From the IMG/VR virus record IMGVR_UViG_2897328257_000003: a stretch of 64,000 nt of DNA. One strand, 5' to 3'. This DNA comes from a virus (Duplodnaviria > Heunggongvirae > Uroviricota > Caudoviricetes). A program made the position numbers and the translations under genes. The first letter of the stretch is position 1. Every line of letters starts with the position of its first letter. Of this stretch, positions 63,796 through 64,000 are shown in pieces. Under the pieces are notes generated by a model. It did not search any database. It was not told where the DNA came from and saw only the letters and a list, made by a program, of their open reading frames with translations.

Positions 63796-63845
63796 GGGGG
63801 GGGAGGCACAACTAAAAACTTTTTAAACGAGGGGGGGTGAAAATA

Positions 63846-64000
63846 AATGCGCATACATAAAAATCACTTAACAAACATGCCAGCCGAATACATGAATCAG
63901 GGGCGACAAATGACCCAAAAACGCAGAGACAGAACAGAGCCAAAATATAAAGCGTTAGACATGACTGAGCACACCTTAAAGGTGGCAATCAGAACGATAG
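63846..64000 (+). CDS. Hypothetical protein, 5' partial view (runs off the window end)
   Basis: ATG 63846 preceded by GAGGGGGGG; open frame to the window end (MRIHKNHLTNMPAEYMNQGRQMTQKRRDRTEPKYKALDMTEHTLKVAIRTI..). Confidence 0.35.

Larger units (their letters stand above)
57600..64000. mobile_element. P4-like satellite / phage-inducible-island-type integrative element (partial; left boundary approximate, continues past window end)
   Basis: P4-family integrase, AlpA-like regulator, Icd-like protein, alpha-like primase/helicase followed by iteron array; inserted where roxA is normally followed by core genes. Confidence 0.75.

Noticed and set aside
1-64000. CRISPR arrays, IS elements, rRNA genes
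   Set aside because: No regularly spaced repeat-spacer arrays, no transposase-like ORFs with terminal inverted repeats, and no rRNA-like sequence in the readable parts.

Overview
This window looks like an Escherichia coli-type chromosomal segment carrying two mobile elements around a core block potB-potA / pepT / roxA(ycfD). All protein-family calls are from motif recall by eye; no searches were run. (1) Positions 1 to about 52.7 kb are a lambdoid prophage seen only at its edges. The visible left arm (1-11538) has int, xis, a large exonuclease, small early-left ORFs, an AT-rich opposite-strand moron gene, a DicA/RacR-type repressor divergent from a YdaS/YdaT-like pair, and a replication module (DnaT-like plus lambda-P-like, with iteron-like repeats inside the first gene). 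After that come DUF1627-like, GcrA-like HTH and DUF4406-like genes and a separate, translationally coupled three-gene module of unknown function. Positions 11539-52025 are a single 40,487-nt N-run, so the rest of the prophage (late genes, lysis, most cargo) cannot be assessed. The right end (52026-52710) carries a YkgJ-like CxxCxxCC gene and strong hairpins and abuts potB directly, with potC/potD absent from their expected place. (2) From about 57.5 kb to the window end is a P4-like satellite-type element inserted upstream of roxA: P4-family integrase, AlpA-like regulator, Icd-like protein, four small unknown ORFs, an alpha-like primase/helicase, then a dense GGTAGA/TCTACC iteron array (putative ori). 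Two short N-runs are flanked by exact 105-136 bp duplications that look like contig-join artefacts, and a 623-nt N-run interrupts the satellite. No tRNA, rRNA, CRISPR array or IS element was recognisable in the readable sequence. The best candidates for something undescribed are the three-gene module at 10330-11476, the moron at 4998-5489 and the small-ORF block ahead of the satellite primase.
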